Shown: positions 30,401 to 39,140 of the stretch, one piece after another
Numbering within the stretch: the stretch's first letter is position 1
Layout of the letters: each line of letters starts with the position of its first letter
Assembly (NCBI GenBank): GCA_023246355.1
Contig: JAHFIQ010000001.1
Coordinates: 17,887-81,886 of the forward strand
Origin: Candidatus Uhrbacteria bacterium
GTDB lineage: Bacteria; Patescibacteriota; Patescibacteriia; UBA9934; GWF2-40-263
DNA: 64,000 bases
Reading direction: 5' to 3'
Position numbers and translations under genes: made by a program
Notes under the pieces: generated by a model
Database searches by the model: none
What the model was told of the DNA's origin: nothing
Seen by the model: only the letters and a program-made list of their open reading frames with translations

Positions 30401-30762
30401 TTGATTACGATGCAAATGGAAATCCATCCTTCAATCTTGTTCAGTTTCTCAACAACCCTCATCCTGTCCTTGGACTTCGCGCTCAAAATTTGCTCGTAGA
30501 CAACTGGCAAGAAAGCGTAGCGGCGAATTACGTCCTAAACCAAGAACTGCAAATCGCTGGTCCAGTCTATCTCATGAACGAAGCGCTCAAAGAGCTTAAG
30601 GCCGCTGGGCATGAAAATTCTGCTGAGTCAAAATTTCTTACTCAGCAACTGGGTGAATATTTGAGAGCCAGAGCAGACGTCTTGGATGGAAACAATCCGA
30701 TCGTAAAAGAGGCGGCAACAGCCGCAGGAATCTACACGGAAGTCTTTGCGAGCAACCCCTAG
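27424..30762 (+). CDS. large hypothetical protein (1112 aa) with Pro/Ala/Thr-rich disordered N-terminal region
   Basis: Long low-complexity P/A/T segment of ~250 aa, then predicted TM helices, a coiled coil and a globular C-terminal domain. Confidence 0.6.
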   Translation: MKLPPPQREPGTGPNPSGERAPVTRSVPRAAKSEPAPTAAEAAASTSVATPEATPAQLETKKKKATPRKKAIVPTAASPTTPAESESTREAPPRIVDVHAPLPAEFTEDKFSEAAKLVITEAKAGSSNPDFIADISIDVVTDLLSDRLGLDRTGCLLMQRALEDRGVIGHKTFGVARKVLVDVWPPLGSSQASSPDSAPPTSTPVPGTPSPTVPVRRARLSSLPSRDPAPGAVVTPAAAPDAAPTTPPPDPTATGPVAPPRRAPRLTMPGARPAAASEAAPVASTPPEAPPSAATPEAAPSTPATPPEAVPAAAAATAPAEAGPAAARTTPEAPKGIFDSFTSGLRSAADRFMARFRGEVTAQDERDYKPTGADVTKGIAAGLMSVVASYTGIKIVADLPEWLTQKYFTSQERSRIKAALKAKETELDRAGAGDALEAKKLHLEESINASKFLTKEKKVQLIKELKDVIETRNAGVLLARDKRDQEIAKLLDQAIQSRIKNTQVLKETLNSALMVTGLAAMRGAAYGAVALWERRARLMQDERFKAGKIARGLDPQPNFINDLIIGGMQDTWKQLKGGGAETKAGKAVNFVQGLTIVMRAAGFAELAISEILQEGGPSSMIEASLKAWEEKGAGQAALDNIKAPWERIGSLFGRASEAVGGAPETAPGSGTDSGDTGTDTSGAGADSGADNTSPAQSNPDGSPSPEAGAGAPTSETVEYTESDIETGTVHKDDGIIEILQRQGMSAKAALAAAREAGIVRPGGDTRLATESIGRISILAYETDGHQVIVFHDTQTGNDLSLDQARAQGFTYEHGSGAPAVSETAVADHDAGASLEPAPDVEGSAEIPHTFVDGKITLNPIEGGFNVDTNPSSLSIDQVHGMGDLDAIGTAATAEIPAQQEIVNTLSQRIASELTILEKLDKQGLGNNPEAQYVKMLLRNDLFLANSRPGTFKVGELLYMKQQSDAYDVDKLIAVAEADRINDVRIPGLGKVEFDYDANGNPSFNLVQFLNNPHPVLGLRAQNLLVDNWQESVAANYVLNQELQIAGPVYLMNEALKELKAAGHENSAESKFLTQQLGEYLRARADVLDGNNPIVKEAATAAGIYTEVFASNP

Positions 30763-31268
30763 ATTCGATAGTGCAGCAACACACTCTGTTCATTGAGCTT
30801 GGTCACTTCGATCAAGCTCATTTGAATTCGATCAAACCCTTGGGCAAGTGGAATGCCGCTGCCAAACAAAATCGGCTCGATCGTGAGATACATGTCTGTC
30901 ACAAGTCCTGCTTGGAGAAACTGGCTATACACCGATGAACCACCACCAATGACAAGCTGGGTTACACCTTCTGATGCAAGATCCTGAACGAGATCTTTTG
31001 GATTTTGGTTTCTGAACTCCACCTCACCACCTTTTCCACCTAATCCACCTTTTCCACCCGTCTCACTGAGCACAATCAGCCTCCTTCCCTTCAGCGGCTT
31101 GCCAATGGTCTCAAACGTCCGGCGACCCATCACGACCACACCTGCTTCTTTTGTTTTGGCCACAAAAAAAGCCGTGTCTTCTTTTGACGTCCAATCAAGC
31201 GAACGTTGATTGGGAGACTGTGCAATCTTTCCGTCTGCGGAAATCGCGGCCACGAGAATCACCTTCAT
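30759..31268 (-). CDS. folA: dihydrofolate reductase family protein (DHFR/RibD_C-like) with in-frame GGKGGLGGKGG insertion
   Basis: MKVILVAAISADGKIA...VMGRRTFETIG...LIVLS; overlaps the thyA stop. The insertion is encoded by a TCCACCT 9-nt repeat. Confidence 0.7.
   Translation of the reverse strand: MKVILVAAISADGKIAQSPNQRSLDWTSKEDTAFFVAKTKEAGVVVMGRRTFETIGKPLKGRRLIVLSETGGKGGLGGKGGEVEFRNQNPKDLVQDLASEGVTQLVIGGGSSVYSQFLQAGLVTDMYLTIEPILFGSGIPLAQGFDRIQMSLIEVTKLNEQSVLLHYRI
31022..31059. repeat. TCCACCT micro-array, locus C, inserted in-frame inside folA
   Basis: caccaccttttccacctaatccaccttttccaccc on the plus strand encodes GGKGGLGGKGG on the minus strand. Confidence 0.7.
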
Positions 31269-31270
31269 AT

Positions 31271-32110
31271 CTAATACACGTTCACTGTAATTTTTAGATT
31301 CTCAATCGGCTCCATGGGCTGATATTGACTCTTTAGCTGCTGAAAAATCTCATCGACCAATGTGCCATCGCCTTGCGTCGCGCGGTGAAACGCTCCCTCA
31401 GGAACCACGAGTCTTACAGGAACATGCTCGTGATCACGATTCACAATCTCTCTGGCGCCATCAAAATGGTTGTCGTAAATATGCGCGTTGCTGATCGAAT
31501 GCGTGTAGATGCCAGGCTCAACGCCGAGCCGCTCGGCAAGCAGGCACTGGAGCAGGGCAAACCCAGCCGCATCATGCGGACAGCCGAGAATCATGTCGTT
31601 GCTGCGCACGATATTGTGCAAGTGAAGTTTCCCGCCAGCAATATTCACCGTGAACGAGTAGGGACAAGGGAGATTTTTTTTGGTGTCTACCGCAAGCCCG
31701 TCATCCGCTGGATCCCATGTCACAACCACGGCGTGACGCGAGTGAGGATTTTGGGTGAGATGATCGATGAGGCTCATAATTTGATCGCGACCAAAATGAT
31801 GTCTCCACCGGTATCCGTAGGCCGCCTTCACTGTCCCGTCCTCTTCTAAAAAGTCATCCCAAATTTTGGTGTAGGTACGCAGCCAGTCTGGTCGATTTTC
31901 TCCCATGAGATACCACACCTGCTCAGCCACAAACAGCTTCAGAGGAATTTTACGCAGCGTCAACAAGGGAAACGATTCTGAAACGTCCACGCGCAGGGTA
32001 ACACCAGGAAGCATCTTGGTCGTTCGTCCAGACCAAGGATTGGGGATCTCATAGCCGTGATCCATGATGTCAGCGATGGCGTTTCGATATTGGACGTCAA
32101 AGGGTGTCAT
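31271..32110 (-). CDS. thyA: thymidylate synthase
   Basis: 279 aa with ThyA motifs (LPPCH-like CPYSF region, RRHxxS-like, W..DP). Confidence 0.9.
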   Translation of the reverse strand: MTPFDVQYRNAIADIMDHGYEIPNPWSGRTTKMLPGVTLRVDVSESFPLLTLRKIPLKLFVAEQVWYLMGENRPDWLRTYTKIWDDFLEEDGTVKAAYGYRWRHHFGRDQIMSLIDHLTQNPHSRHAVVVTWDPADDGLAVDTKKNLPCPYSFTVNIAGGKLHLHNIVRSNDMILGCPHDAAGFALLQCLLAERLGVEPGIYTHSISNAHIYDNHFDGAREIVNRDHEHVPVRLVVPEGAFHRATQGDGTLVDEIFQQLKSQYQPMEPIENLKITVNVY

Positions 32111-32202
32111 ACTGGTCTATACTCTAACAGGCTCTCCCCTCTATTTCCAACAGATGAGATTCACGCTAAAATGCACGTGTTCTTCCAAACTCTGAAAAAC
32201 TT

Positions 32203-32916
32203 ATGCACAAGGGGAAATTTATCATGGTTGATGGTCTGACAGGATCGGGGAAGTCTACGATCTTGAATGCCGTACACACGTGGGCGACGAGCTGTGGCCA
32301 TCGCATCTGGCGGCTTCAGGATTGGAAGGAATCTGCGCCTCCGCGTTTTGCTGATATTGCTGACTTTGATGTGTACTTCACCTACGAGCCAACGCGCTCA
32401 TGGGTCGGCTCGGCGATCCGCTACGAACTCTCGCGTGATGATGAACCCTACGGTGGTCAGGAGCTCGCACATGCGTTTGCCCTTGATCGGGAAATCAGCT
32501 ACCGACGTCTGATCATTCCGGCGCTCAAGGCTGGCAAGACGATCATCCAAGACCGAGGCGTCGGCTCTTCGCTCGTGTACCAGCCCGTGATGAAAAACAG
32601 CGTGCCCCTTGAAACCGTGCTTGCTCTGCCTGGTAACACGCTCGCTTTGCAAAACGCCCCAGACGCTCTCATCCTCACACGTCTTGATCCTGAAATCGCC
32701 ATGGCGCGCATCAAATCTCGGAGTGACGACTCAAAAGGGGTATTCGCTGATCTCAACTTTATCAGAACCCAGGGTGAACGTTTTGCCAGCTCCTGGCTCA
32801 AAGGACTGTTTGAGGCCCAAGGAACCCTCGTGTATGAACTGGACACGTCCGGAACGCTGGAGGAGAGTCAGTCTCGCGCAACCCAACTCATCGAACAAAT
32901 TTTGACTACGTGCTAA
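32203..32916 (+). CDS. tmk: thymidylate kinase-like P-loop kinase
   Basis: P-loop DGLTGSGKST; DR(Y)-like DRGVGSSLVYQ; lid region. Confidence 0.65.
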   Translation: MHKGKFIMVDGLTGSGKSTILNAVHTWATSCGHRIWRLQDWKESAPPRFADIADFDVYFTYEPTRSWVGSAIRYELSRDDEPYGGQELAHAFALDREISYRRLIIPALKAGKTIIQDRGVGSSLVYQPVMKNSVPLETVLALPGNTLALQNAPDALILTRLDPEIAMARIKSRSDDSKGVFADLNFIRTQGERFASSWLKGLFEAQGTLVYELDTSGTLEESQSRATQLIEQILTTC

Positions 32917-33794
32917 CTATGCCAAAAATAATATCCATCGGCGAACTCATTGATGACTCCTGGGAGCTGTATCGCTCGCGATTTGTTGAGCTCATCACCA
33001 TTTCAGGTTGGCTCATCTTGACCGCGATTCTCTATGCGATCGCTCTGGCATTTTATCCAGCCGCGAGTACGCTTCAACTCTCTGGCGAACTCTCTGGCAC
33101 AGAAACCTTTGGGGTGATCCTGTTTTCCCTAACCACATTTGTGGTCACGCCGATCGTGAGTTTTTGGATTTACACATCACTGGCTAAAGCCGTGCACATG
33201 CATTTCGTGAGTAAAAAAATCGATCCCAAAAAAGCCATGCATGAAGGCAAGACGGTTTTCTTGCCAGCTCTTTTGACCTCTTTGATGGTACTGCTCATGA
33301 TTCTGCTCGCCATTGTCATCGGGTTTGCTCCTCCGGTTGTGCTTGCCACACTGGGATCTCTGACGCATGTCGGTGGGATCGTCACATTCGCGAACATCTT
33401 ACTCTTACTTGGCATCTTCGTGTCTCTGTTCCTGACGATTAAATGGACCGTCTACTACCTGCTCTCTCCCCTCTTAACCATTTTGAGTGGCGTCAAAGGC
33501 AAGGCCGCTCTGGAGGGCAGTCGTCGACTGATCGAAGGACGTTTCTGGTCCGTGCTCAGTCGTGTGGCCGTTCCCAAACTTGTGTTTGTGATCTTTGGTG
33601 TCTTTGCGATGTACCTTATCTCCTACGCGGTCGCGATTTTGGTAGACGCTTCCTCAGGACTCAATCTGGACATCCAACTGCGTGTGGCCACCATGCTCCA
33701 GACGATCGTCCCGATTTTGATTGCGACCTTGATCAATCCCCTTGTCATCATTTCAGATGTCCTCTTGTTGCGTTCACTTGAAGGAGAAACGTAG
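32910..33794 (+). CDS. hypothetical polytopic membrane protein
   Basis: 294 aa with ~6 TM helices; N-terminal motif ELIDDSWELYRSRF. Confidence 0.55.
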   Translation: MLTMPKIISIGELIDDSWELYRSRFVELITISGWLILTAILYAIALAFYPAASTLQLSGELSGTETFGVILFSLTTFVVTPIVSFWIYTSLAKAVHMHFVSKKIDPKKAMHEGKTVFLPALLTSLMVLLMILLAIVIGFAPPVVLATLGSLTHVGGIVTFANILLLLGIFVSLFLTIKWTVYYLLSPLLTILSGVKGKAALEGSRRLIEGRFWSVLSRVAVPKLVFVIFGVFAMYLISYAVAILVDASSGLNLDIQLRVATMLQTIVPILIATLINPLVIISDVLLLRSLEGET

Positions 33795-33798
33795 ACCT

Positions 33799-34545
33799 AT
33801 GCTCATGGAACCGTTCGAACTGTTGCACGAAAGCTGGAGTCTTTATCGAAAACACCTTTGGTCTTTGGTTGGTTACTCGGCGTGGATGCTCTTGCCTGTG
33901 GGCGCCCTTTTTTTGCTCACCTTTGCCCCAGATCATTGGCTGGTGTTTGTTGTGGCCATGCTCTGTACGCTTGTGGAAATCTATCTGGGACTCTGGATGA
34001 CCGTTGCTGTTGCCAGGTCCGTGACTCGCTTCTCACAAAAACAAGAAGTGAACCCAACGGCCATTTCTCATGAATCACTTCTGCGCATTCCTTCCCTCTT
34101 GCGAACCGCCATGCTCCAGGCCTTGGTCGTGATCGGTGGCTTACTTCTGTTTGTGATTCCAGGAATCGTCTTTACGGTTTGGTATGCGTTTGCGCAGTTG
34201 GCTACCGTGCTTGATGAGAAGCGCCCGATCGAAGCCTTGACCTTCAGTAAACTTTTGGTGAAGGGTCGATTCTGGGCTGTCGCCTGGCGTCTCACGAGTG
34301 TCCCCATTGTGATCGCTCTGATCTACGCGACAGTGATGGGACTGCTCGTCACCGCGTTTTCAACCTACACCGGAGCAGATCCTGAATTTCTGCTTGGAAC
34401 GGAAGGTCCATCATGGGTCCCACTTATGGATGCGATCGTTCAAGTCTTTCTGATCCCCTTCTTGTTGACCTATTCGGTTCTGCTCTTTCAGGACCTAAAA
34501 AAACATCCTGTGGAGCCTCTTGATAAAGGCTGCGACGTCGCGTAA
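33799..34545 (+). CDS. hypothetical polytopic membrane protein (paralog of the upstream gene)
   Basis: Internal Met MLMEPFELLHESWSLYRKH...; N-motif and topology match 32910..33794. Confidence 0.55.
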   Translation: MLMEPFELLHESWSLYRKHLWSLVGYSAWMLLPVGALFLLTFAPDHWLVFVVAMLCTLVEIYLGLWMTVAVARSVTRFSQKQEVNPTAISHESLLRIPSLLRTAMLQALVVIGGLLLFVIPGIVFTVWYAFAQLATVLDEKRPIEALTFSKLLVKGRFWAVAWRLTSVPIVIALIYATVMGLLVTAFSTYTGADPEFLLGTEGPSWVPLMDAIVQVFLIPFLLTYSVLLFQDLKKHPVEPLDKGCDVA

Positions 34546-34689
34546 CGTCTGGAGAGACCACTGCAAAGCTGCGTCTTTTCGTTTCACGGGCACCCGTCGA
34601 CCCCACTCTACGTAGAGAACCTACGTTTCGTGGGGCTCGACAGCCCGTTCAACGAAAATCCATCAGTTTTTCAGTGGTCTCTCACACAT

Positions 34690-36219
34690 ATGAAATACGA
34701 ACCGATTATCGGACTTGAAATTCACGTGCAGCTGAAAACGAAAACAAAGATGTTTTGTGGTTGCGCTGCTCACGACCAAGGCGTTCCACCAAACACGAAC
34801 GTCTGCCCAATTTGTCTGGGACACCCTGGCGTTTTGCCTGTGCCAAACGAGGCGGCTATTCGCTATGGGGTGCTCATGGGCCTCGCTCTCAACTGCACCA
34901 TTGCCGCGCATTCAAAATTCGACCGCAAGAATTATTTTTATCCTGACCTTCCCAAGGCGTACCAAATTTCCCAGTACGACTTGCCCATTGCGATCAACGG
35001 CTCGGTTGAAATTGATGTTCCCGGTGGGGAGCGTGAGCATGTCACCATTGGCATCACCCGAGCTCACTTGGAAGAAGACGCAGCCAAATCGTTTCACACA
35101 CATGACGGCAGTACGTGCGTTGATTTTAATCGTGGAGGCACGCCGCTTGTGGAAATCGTCACCGAGCCTGATTTTCGTTCGTCCAAGGAAGCCAAAGTCT
35201 TCCTGCAGGAGCTTCGACTGATCGCCCGCTACTTGGGAGTGTCCGACGCAGACATGGAAAAAGGTCACCTACGCTGTGATGCAAACGTGTCGCTTCGACG
35301 ACTTGATGAAAAAGGCGATGTGGTCGGTGAACGTTTCAATCCAAAAACAGAAGTCAAAAACCTGAACTCGTTCCGCCATGTCGAACGGGCGATTGAGTTT
35401 GAAATTGCTCGTCAAACGCATTTGTGGGAATCAGACACGCCGCCGCTTATCTCAACCACTCGCGGATGGAACGACACACGCGGCATCACCGAGGAACAGC
35501 GCTCCAAAGAAGAAGCCGCGGATTATCGTTACTTTCCGGAGCCTGACATTCCACCTCTGGCGCTCACCGAAATTGCCGACGAGATGCGCATGAAGCTGCC
35601 TGAATTGCCCTCTGCGCGACGAGTTCGATTCGCAACAGAGTACGGACTCAAACCCTCCGACGCACGCCAAATCTGTGATGATCCAGCGCTCGCTGATTTT
35701 GTGGAAGCGGTCTTCTCTGAGCTTGACTCGTGGCTACGTGCTCTGCCAGAAATGGAAGGACTGGACGAGGAGGCTCTCATCAAAGAACGTGGCAAGCTTG
35801 CCAACCTTGTCTCTGGCTGGCTTCTGTCAAAACTCATGGGCCTCATGATGGATCGCGGGATTGATATCCGCACGAGCAAAATCTCTCCAGAAAACTTTGC
35901 CGAATTCATCACGCTCATCGCGAGCCGCAAAATCAACAACACCACTGGCCTCACGATTCTCTCCTCCATGCTCGACAATGGCGACGACCCATCACATATC
36001 ATGGAAGACAAGCAGCTTGGACGCATGGATGACGCAAGTGAACTTGCTGAAATCGTGAGTCGTGTCCTTGCGGAAAATCCGGCGGAAGTCCTGCGCTACC
36101 AAGCAGGCGAAGAACAGCTGCTCAAATTGTTCATCGGTCTTGTCATGAAATCCACAGAAGGCACAGCCGACGCTGCCCTCACAAAAAATATCTTGCTGGT
36201 GAAGCTCAAAGCTGAATAA
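34690..36219 (+). CDS. gatB: aspartyl/glutamyl-tRNA amidotransferase subunit B
   Basis: Internal Met MKYEPIIGLEIHVQL...; GatB catalytic and YqeY-like tail. Confidence 0.9.
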   Translation: MKYEPIIGLEIHVQLKTKTKMFCGCAAHDQGVPPNTNVCPICLGHPGVLPVPNEAAIRYGVLMGLALNCTIAAHSKFDRKNYFYPDLPKAYQISQYDLPIAINGSVEIDVPGGEREHVTIGITRAHLEEDAAKSFHTHDGSTCVDFNRGGTPLVEIVTEPDFRSSKEAKVFLQELRLIARYLGVSDADMEKGHLRCDANVSLRRLDEKGDVVGERFNPKTEVKNLNSFRHVERAIEFEIARQTHLWESDTPPLISTTRGWNDTRGITEEQRSKEEAADYRYFPEPDIPPLALTEIADEMRMKLPELPSARRVRFATEYGLKPSDARQICDDPALADFVEAVFSELDSWLRALPEMEGLDEEALIKERGKLANLVSGWLLSKLMGLMMDRGIDIRTSKISPENFAEFITLIASRKINNTTGLTILSSMLDNGDDPSHIMEDKQLGRMDDASELAEIVSRVLAENPAEVLRYQAGEEQLLKLFIGLVMKSTEGTADAALTKNILLVKLKAE

Positions 36220-37078
36220 AGTCTTGCACCTTTTTTTCAGCTTCTGCTACATCTGCCACCCAGACAATCCTCGGATCCCGTTTGAACCACGTCATCTGAC
36301 GTTTGGCATAATCACGGGTGTCTTTTTTTATGTCCTCAATCACCTCTTCAAGGTTCTGTTCCCCTGAAAGAAAGCGACAGAGTTGCCGATAACCGATCCC
36401 AGTCATAGATTCAACATCGCAGCCATATCGATCTCCGAGGAAACGAACTTCCTCAACAAGTCCGTTTTGAATCATCTCATCAACACGCTTGTTGATCCTC
36501 TCGTTCAATTCCTGCCGTGGAACCAACAAGCCAATCTGTAACACATCAAACGGCGATGCTCCTTTTGTTTGTTGCTGACTCCATGGCTTTCCCGTGCGTT
36601 TTGTGACTTCCAGAGCACGGACCACACGGCGTTTATTCTGTGCGTCGATCATCTGCGCGCCTTCAGGGTCCAACGCCTGATACTCTTGAAATAGATCATC
36701 GAGTGCTCGCGCTTCGAGCTGTTCACGCATGACAGGATCACGTGCTGTATTTGTCAGGTCAAGATCATCAATGATCGCTCGCAGCCACAGTCCTGTGCCA
36801 CCGACAAAGATGGGCAGATGACCGCGGTTTAAAATTTCATGGGTCTTATTGGTCACATAGGTCTTATGATCTGCGACCGAGTACTGATGATCCGGATCCA
36901 CAAGATCGATGCCCCATTGCGCATCTTTGGTCTTGGCTGTTCCAATATCCATGCCCCGATACACCTGACGTGAATCAACGGAAATCAACTCGCCATGAAA
37001 CCGCTTGGCAAGCTCAAGGGCGAGGGTTGTTTTTCCTGAAGCCGTGGGTCCAACGATAGCGAGGATCTTTGGCTTCAT
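36206..37078 (-). CDS. miaA: tRNA dimethylallyltransferase
   Basis: Internal Met MKPKILAIVGPTASGKT (P-loop); 4-nt overlap with miaB. Confidence 0.85.
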   Translation of the reverse strand: MKPKILAIVGPTASGKTTLALELAKRFHGELISVDSRQVYRGMDIGTAKTKDAQWGIDLVDPDHQYSVADHKTYVTNKTHEILNRGHLPIFVGGTGLWLRAIIDDLDLTNTARDPVMREQLEARALDDLFQEYQALDPEGAQMIDAQNKRRVVRALEVTKRTGKPWSQQQTKGASPFDVLQIGLLVPRQELNERINKRVDEMIQNGLVEEVRFLGDRYGCDVESMTGIGYRQLCRFLSGEQNLEEVIEDIKKDTRDYAKRQMTWFKRDPRIVWVADVAEAEKKVQDFIQL

Positions 37079-38457
37079 AGTTTTTCCCCTTCCAAAATCC
37101 ACATGTCTGCTTTTGTAACTCTCACGTTCACGATCTTGCCGACAGAATCAGGAGTCCCAGGAAACCGCACCAGTTTCATCTCTCGAGAATTCCCATAGCA
37201 AAATCCTGGCTGTGTCATCATCGATTCTCGAATCTTCTCAGGCATGACCAGCATCTCGTCAGTGATCTTAGGTGGCTCATGACGATCGACCAACACCGAA
37301 ACCTCCTTGCCGAGATACGTCTGATTTTTTTCCTTCACGATTCTCTCCTGGAGCTCTTGCAACACATTCCATCGATGTTTCTTTTCCTCCAGGCTCACAT
37401 CATCTTTGAATGCCTTTGCTGCGGCTGTGCCTGACCGAACAGAGTATCGAGCCGTGTAGGAAATATCAAAACGAACCTGCTCATACAAGGCTACCGTTTT
37501 TTGAAATTGTTCTGGAGTCTCACCTGCAAATCCCACAATGATATCTGTGCCAATGGCGATGTGAGGAATCTTTGCGCGAAGACGGTCAACCACATCCAGA
37601 TACTGTGCAGCCGTGTAGCGTCGGTTCATTCGACGCAGAACTTCGTCGTCGCCTGACTGTACAGGAAGATGGATAAAATTGAGGTGAGCCGGAAGGGTCA
37701 TGGCATCGATCACCTCGTCGGTCATGTGAAGTGGATGTGGAGCCGTGAAATGCAGACGTGAGATCCCTTTGATTTGATTGACCTCCCAGAGCAACGCAGC
37801 GAAATGATCCTTGTACGGATTTTCTGTTGAAAAATGCTCAGGATCTGGTGCGCGGTAACTATTCACGGTCTGACCAAGCAGCGTAACTTCCGCGCAGCCA
37901 TGCAACGCTAATTCACGAATCTCCTCTACAATATCCTGACACGGTCGATTCTTCTCAAGTCCTCTGGAAAACGGAACCACGCAGTACGTACAAAACTTAT
38001 TACAGCCAGTTTGGATCGAGACAAACGCCTGGACATGGCTGTGATACTCAGGATGAACCTTCAAATAATCATCGAGTGTGTCCGTGCTATTCACGAGCTC
38101 CGGTCTCAACTCCCCCAACCAACGTGGGAGCTGTCCCATATCCTTGGTGGGAAAATACAGATCCACCATCGGGAGTCGTTTACGAAGCGCCCCATGTCGA
38201 TCCCGTCCTGGCATGCAACCCGTCACGCCGATGATCAACTCTCCCCGTTGCTCCTTGAGCGGTTGAAGTGAATGAATCAAACTAAACACGCGGTCTTCAG
38301 CACTCTGCCGCACAGAACAGGTGTTCACCAATATCACGTCCGCGGTTTGCTGATTCTCTGTCGACTCCAAACCAACGCCTTTCAAAATCGTCTCCATGCG
38401 CTCAGAGTCGCTTTTGTTCATCTGACAGCCGTAGGTGATGAGATGATAGGAAGGCAT
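37075..38457 (-). CDS. miaB: tRNA-2-methylthio-N6-dimethylallyladenosine synthase (radical SAM methylthiotransferase)
   Basis: UPF0004 N-domain (YGCQMN), radical SAM CxxxCxxC (CNKFCTYC) and a TRAM C-terminus. Confidence 0.9.
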   Translation of the reverse strand: MPSYHLITYGCQMNKSDSERMETILKGVGLESTENQQTADVILVNTCSVRQSAEDRVFSLIHSLQPLKEQRGELIIGVTGCMPGRDRHGALRKRLPMVDLYFPTKDMGQLPRWLGELRPELVNSTDTLDDYLKVHPEYHSHVQAFVSIQTGCNKFCTYCVVPFSRGLEKNRPCQDIVEEIRELALHGCAEVTLLGQTVNSYRAPDPEHFSTENPYKDHFAALLWEVNQIKGISRLHFTAPHPLHMTDEVIDAMTLPAHLNFIHLPVQSGDDEVLRRMNRRYTAAQYLDVVDRLRAKIPHIAIGTDIIVGFAGETPEQFQKTVALYEQVRFDISYTARYSVRSGTAAAKAFKDDVSLEEKKHRWNVLQELQERIVKEKNQTYLGKEVSVLVDRHEPPKITDEMLVMPEKIRESMMTQPGFCYGNSREMKLVRFPGTPDSVGKIVNVRVTKADMWILEGEKL

Positions 38458-38500
38458 AGGATTCTCATTTTACAACCTACAACCTACTCCCTACTGCCTA

Positions 38501-38531
38501 AATAGAAAAGCCGACCAGATCACTAGTCGGC
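38501..38531 (-). terminator. rho-independent terminator (minus strand) after 38544..39071
   Basis: GCCGAC-N10-GTCGGC hairpin followed on the minus strand by CTTTTCTATT. Confidence 0.5.
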
Positions 38532-38543
38532 GCGTAGGAGGAC

Positions 38544-39071
38544 TCATGCCCTCACGATCAGGAACGCGGTAAAGGCAGCGCGCAAGACGGTCTTGTAAAC
38601 ATGCGCTCGGTTTTTTCTCTCGGCATCGTCCACGGTTCTCATGAAGGTGTCCAATGGCTCCTTGAGCCATTGAGGAGTTGAAACACGCCGGAGTTCTTGC
38701 TCCACGGCAGCTTCAAGAGCGGCAAAAGAAGCGCTGACAGACGGCTCTTGTCGTTTGTACGGATCGTGCTCACGCAACCATGTTTCGATGGCAACGAGAT
38801 CCTCATCCGTAAACCTCATCCCGCGAAGTCCCCACCGCAGAAGCGTGGCATCATCGCGAGTGAAAATGTACTTTCCATCTGGCGCAGAGCCCATGGTCAG
38901 ACGCTCTAGAAGCGCCATGACCCTTGGATCATCCTGTGGTGTTTGCCTGCCTGGCGGTGCAGGCGGTTGACTCTCACCTTCTCTCACAACCCTGAGCGTC
39001 ATCATGAACTCCTGCACTCGCAAGTGTAGCTTCACCTTGGCAAATCCGAGCCAGTCTGTCAACAGATCCAT
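38544..39071 (-). CDS. hypothetical protein
   Basis: 175-aa ORF; the start may instead be the internal MMTLRV at ~39005. Confidence 0.45.
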   Translation of the reverse strand: MDLLTDWLGFAKVKLHLRVQEFMMTLRVVREGESQPPAPPGRQTPQDDPRVMALLERLTMGSAPDGKYIFTRDDATLLRWGLRGMRFTDEDLVAIETWLREHDPYKRQEPSVSASFAALEAAVEQELRRVSTPQWLKEPLDTFMRTVDDAERKNRAHVYKTVLRAAFTAFLIVRA

Positions 39072-39099
39072 TGACAGTGAACAACTTTTGCGCTATGAT
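39071..39099 (+). promoter_or_regulatory. sigma70-like promoter TTGACA-17-TATGAT upstream of 39141
   Basis: Consensus -35 and 5/6 -10 with 17-nt spacing. Confidence 0.5.
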
Positions 39100-39140
39100 T
39101 TAGCTATTATTCCAATCTTAATTCAATCTCAAAAGACATT

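Noticed and set aside
21940-30770. Shared 11-mer CCCCTAGATTC after the stops at 21938 and 30762
   Set aside because: An 11-mer coincidence is expected by chance in 64 kb; no extended similarity.
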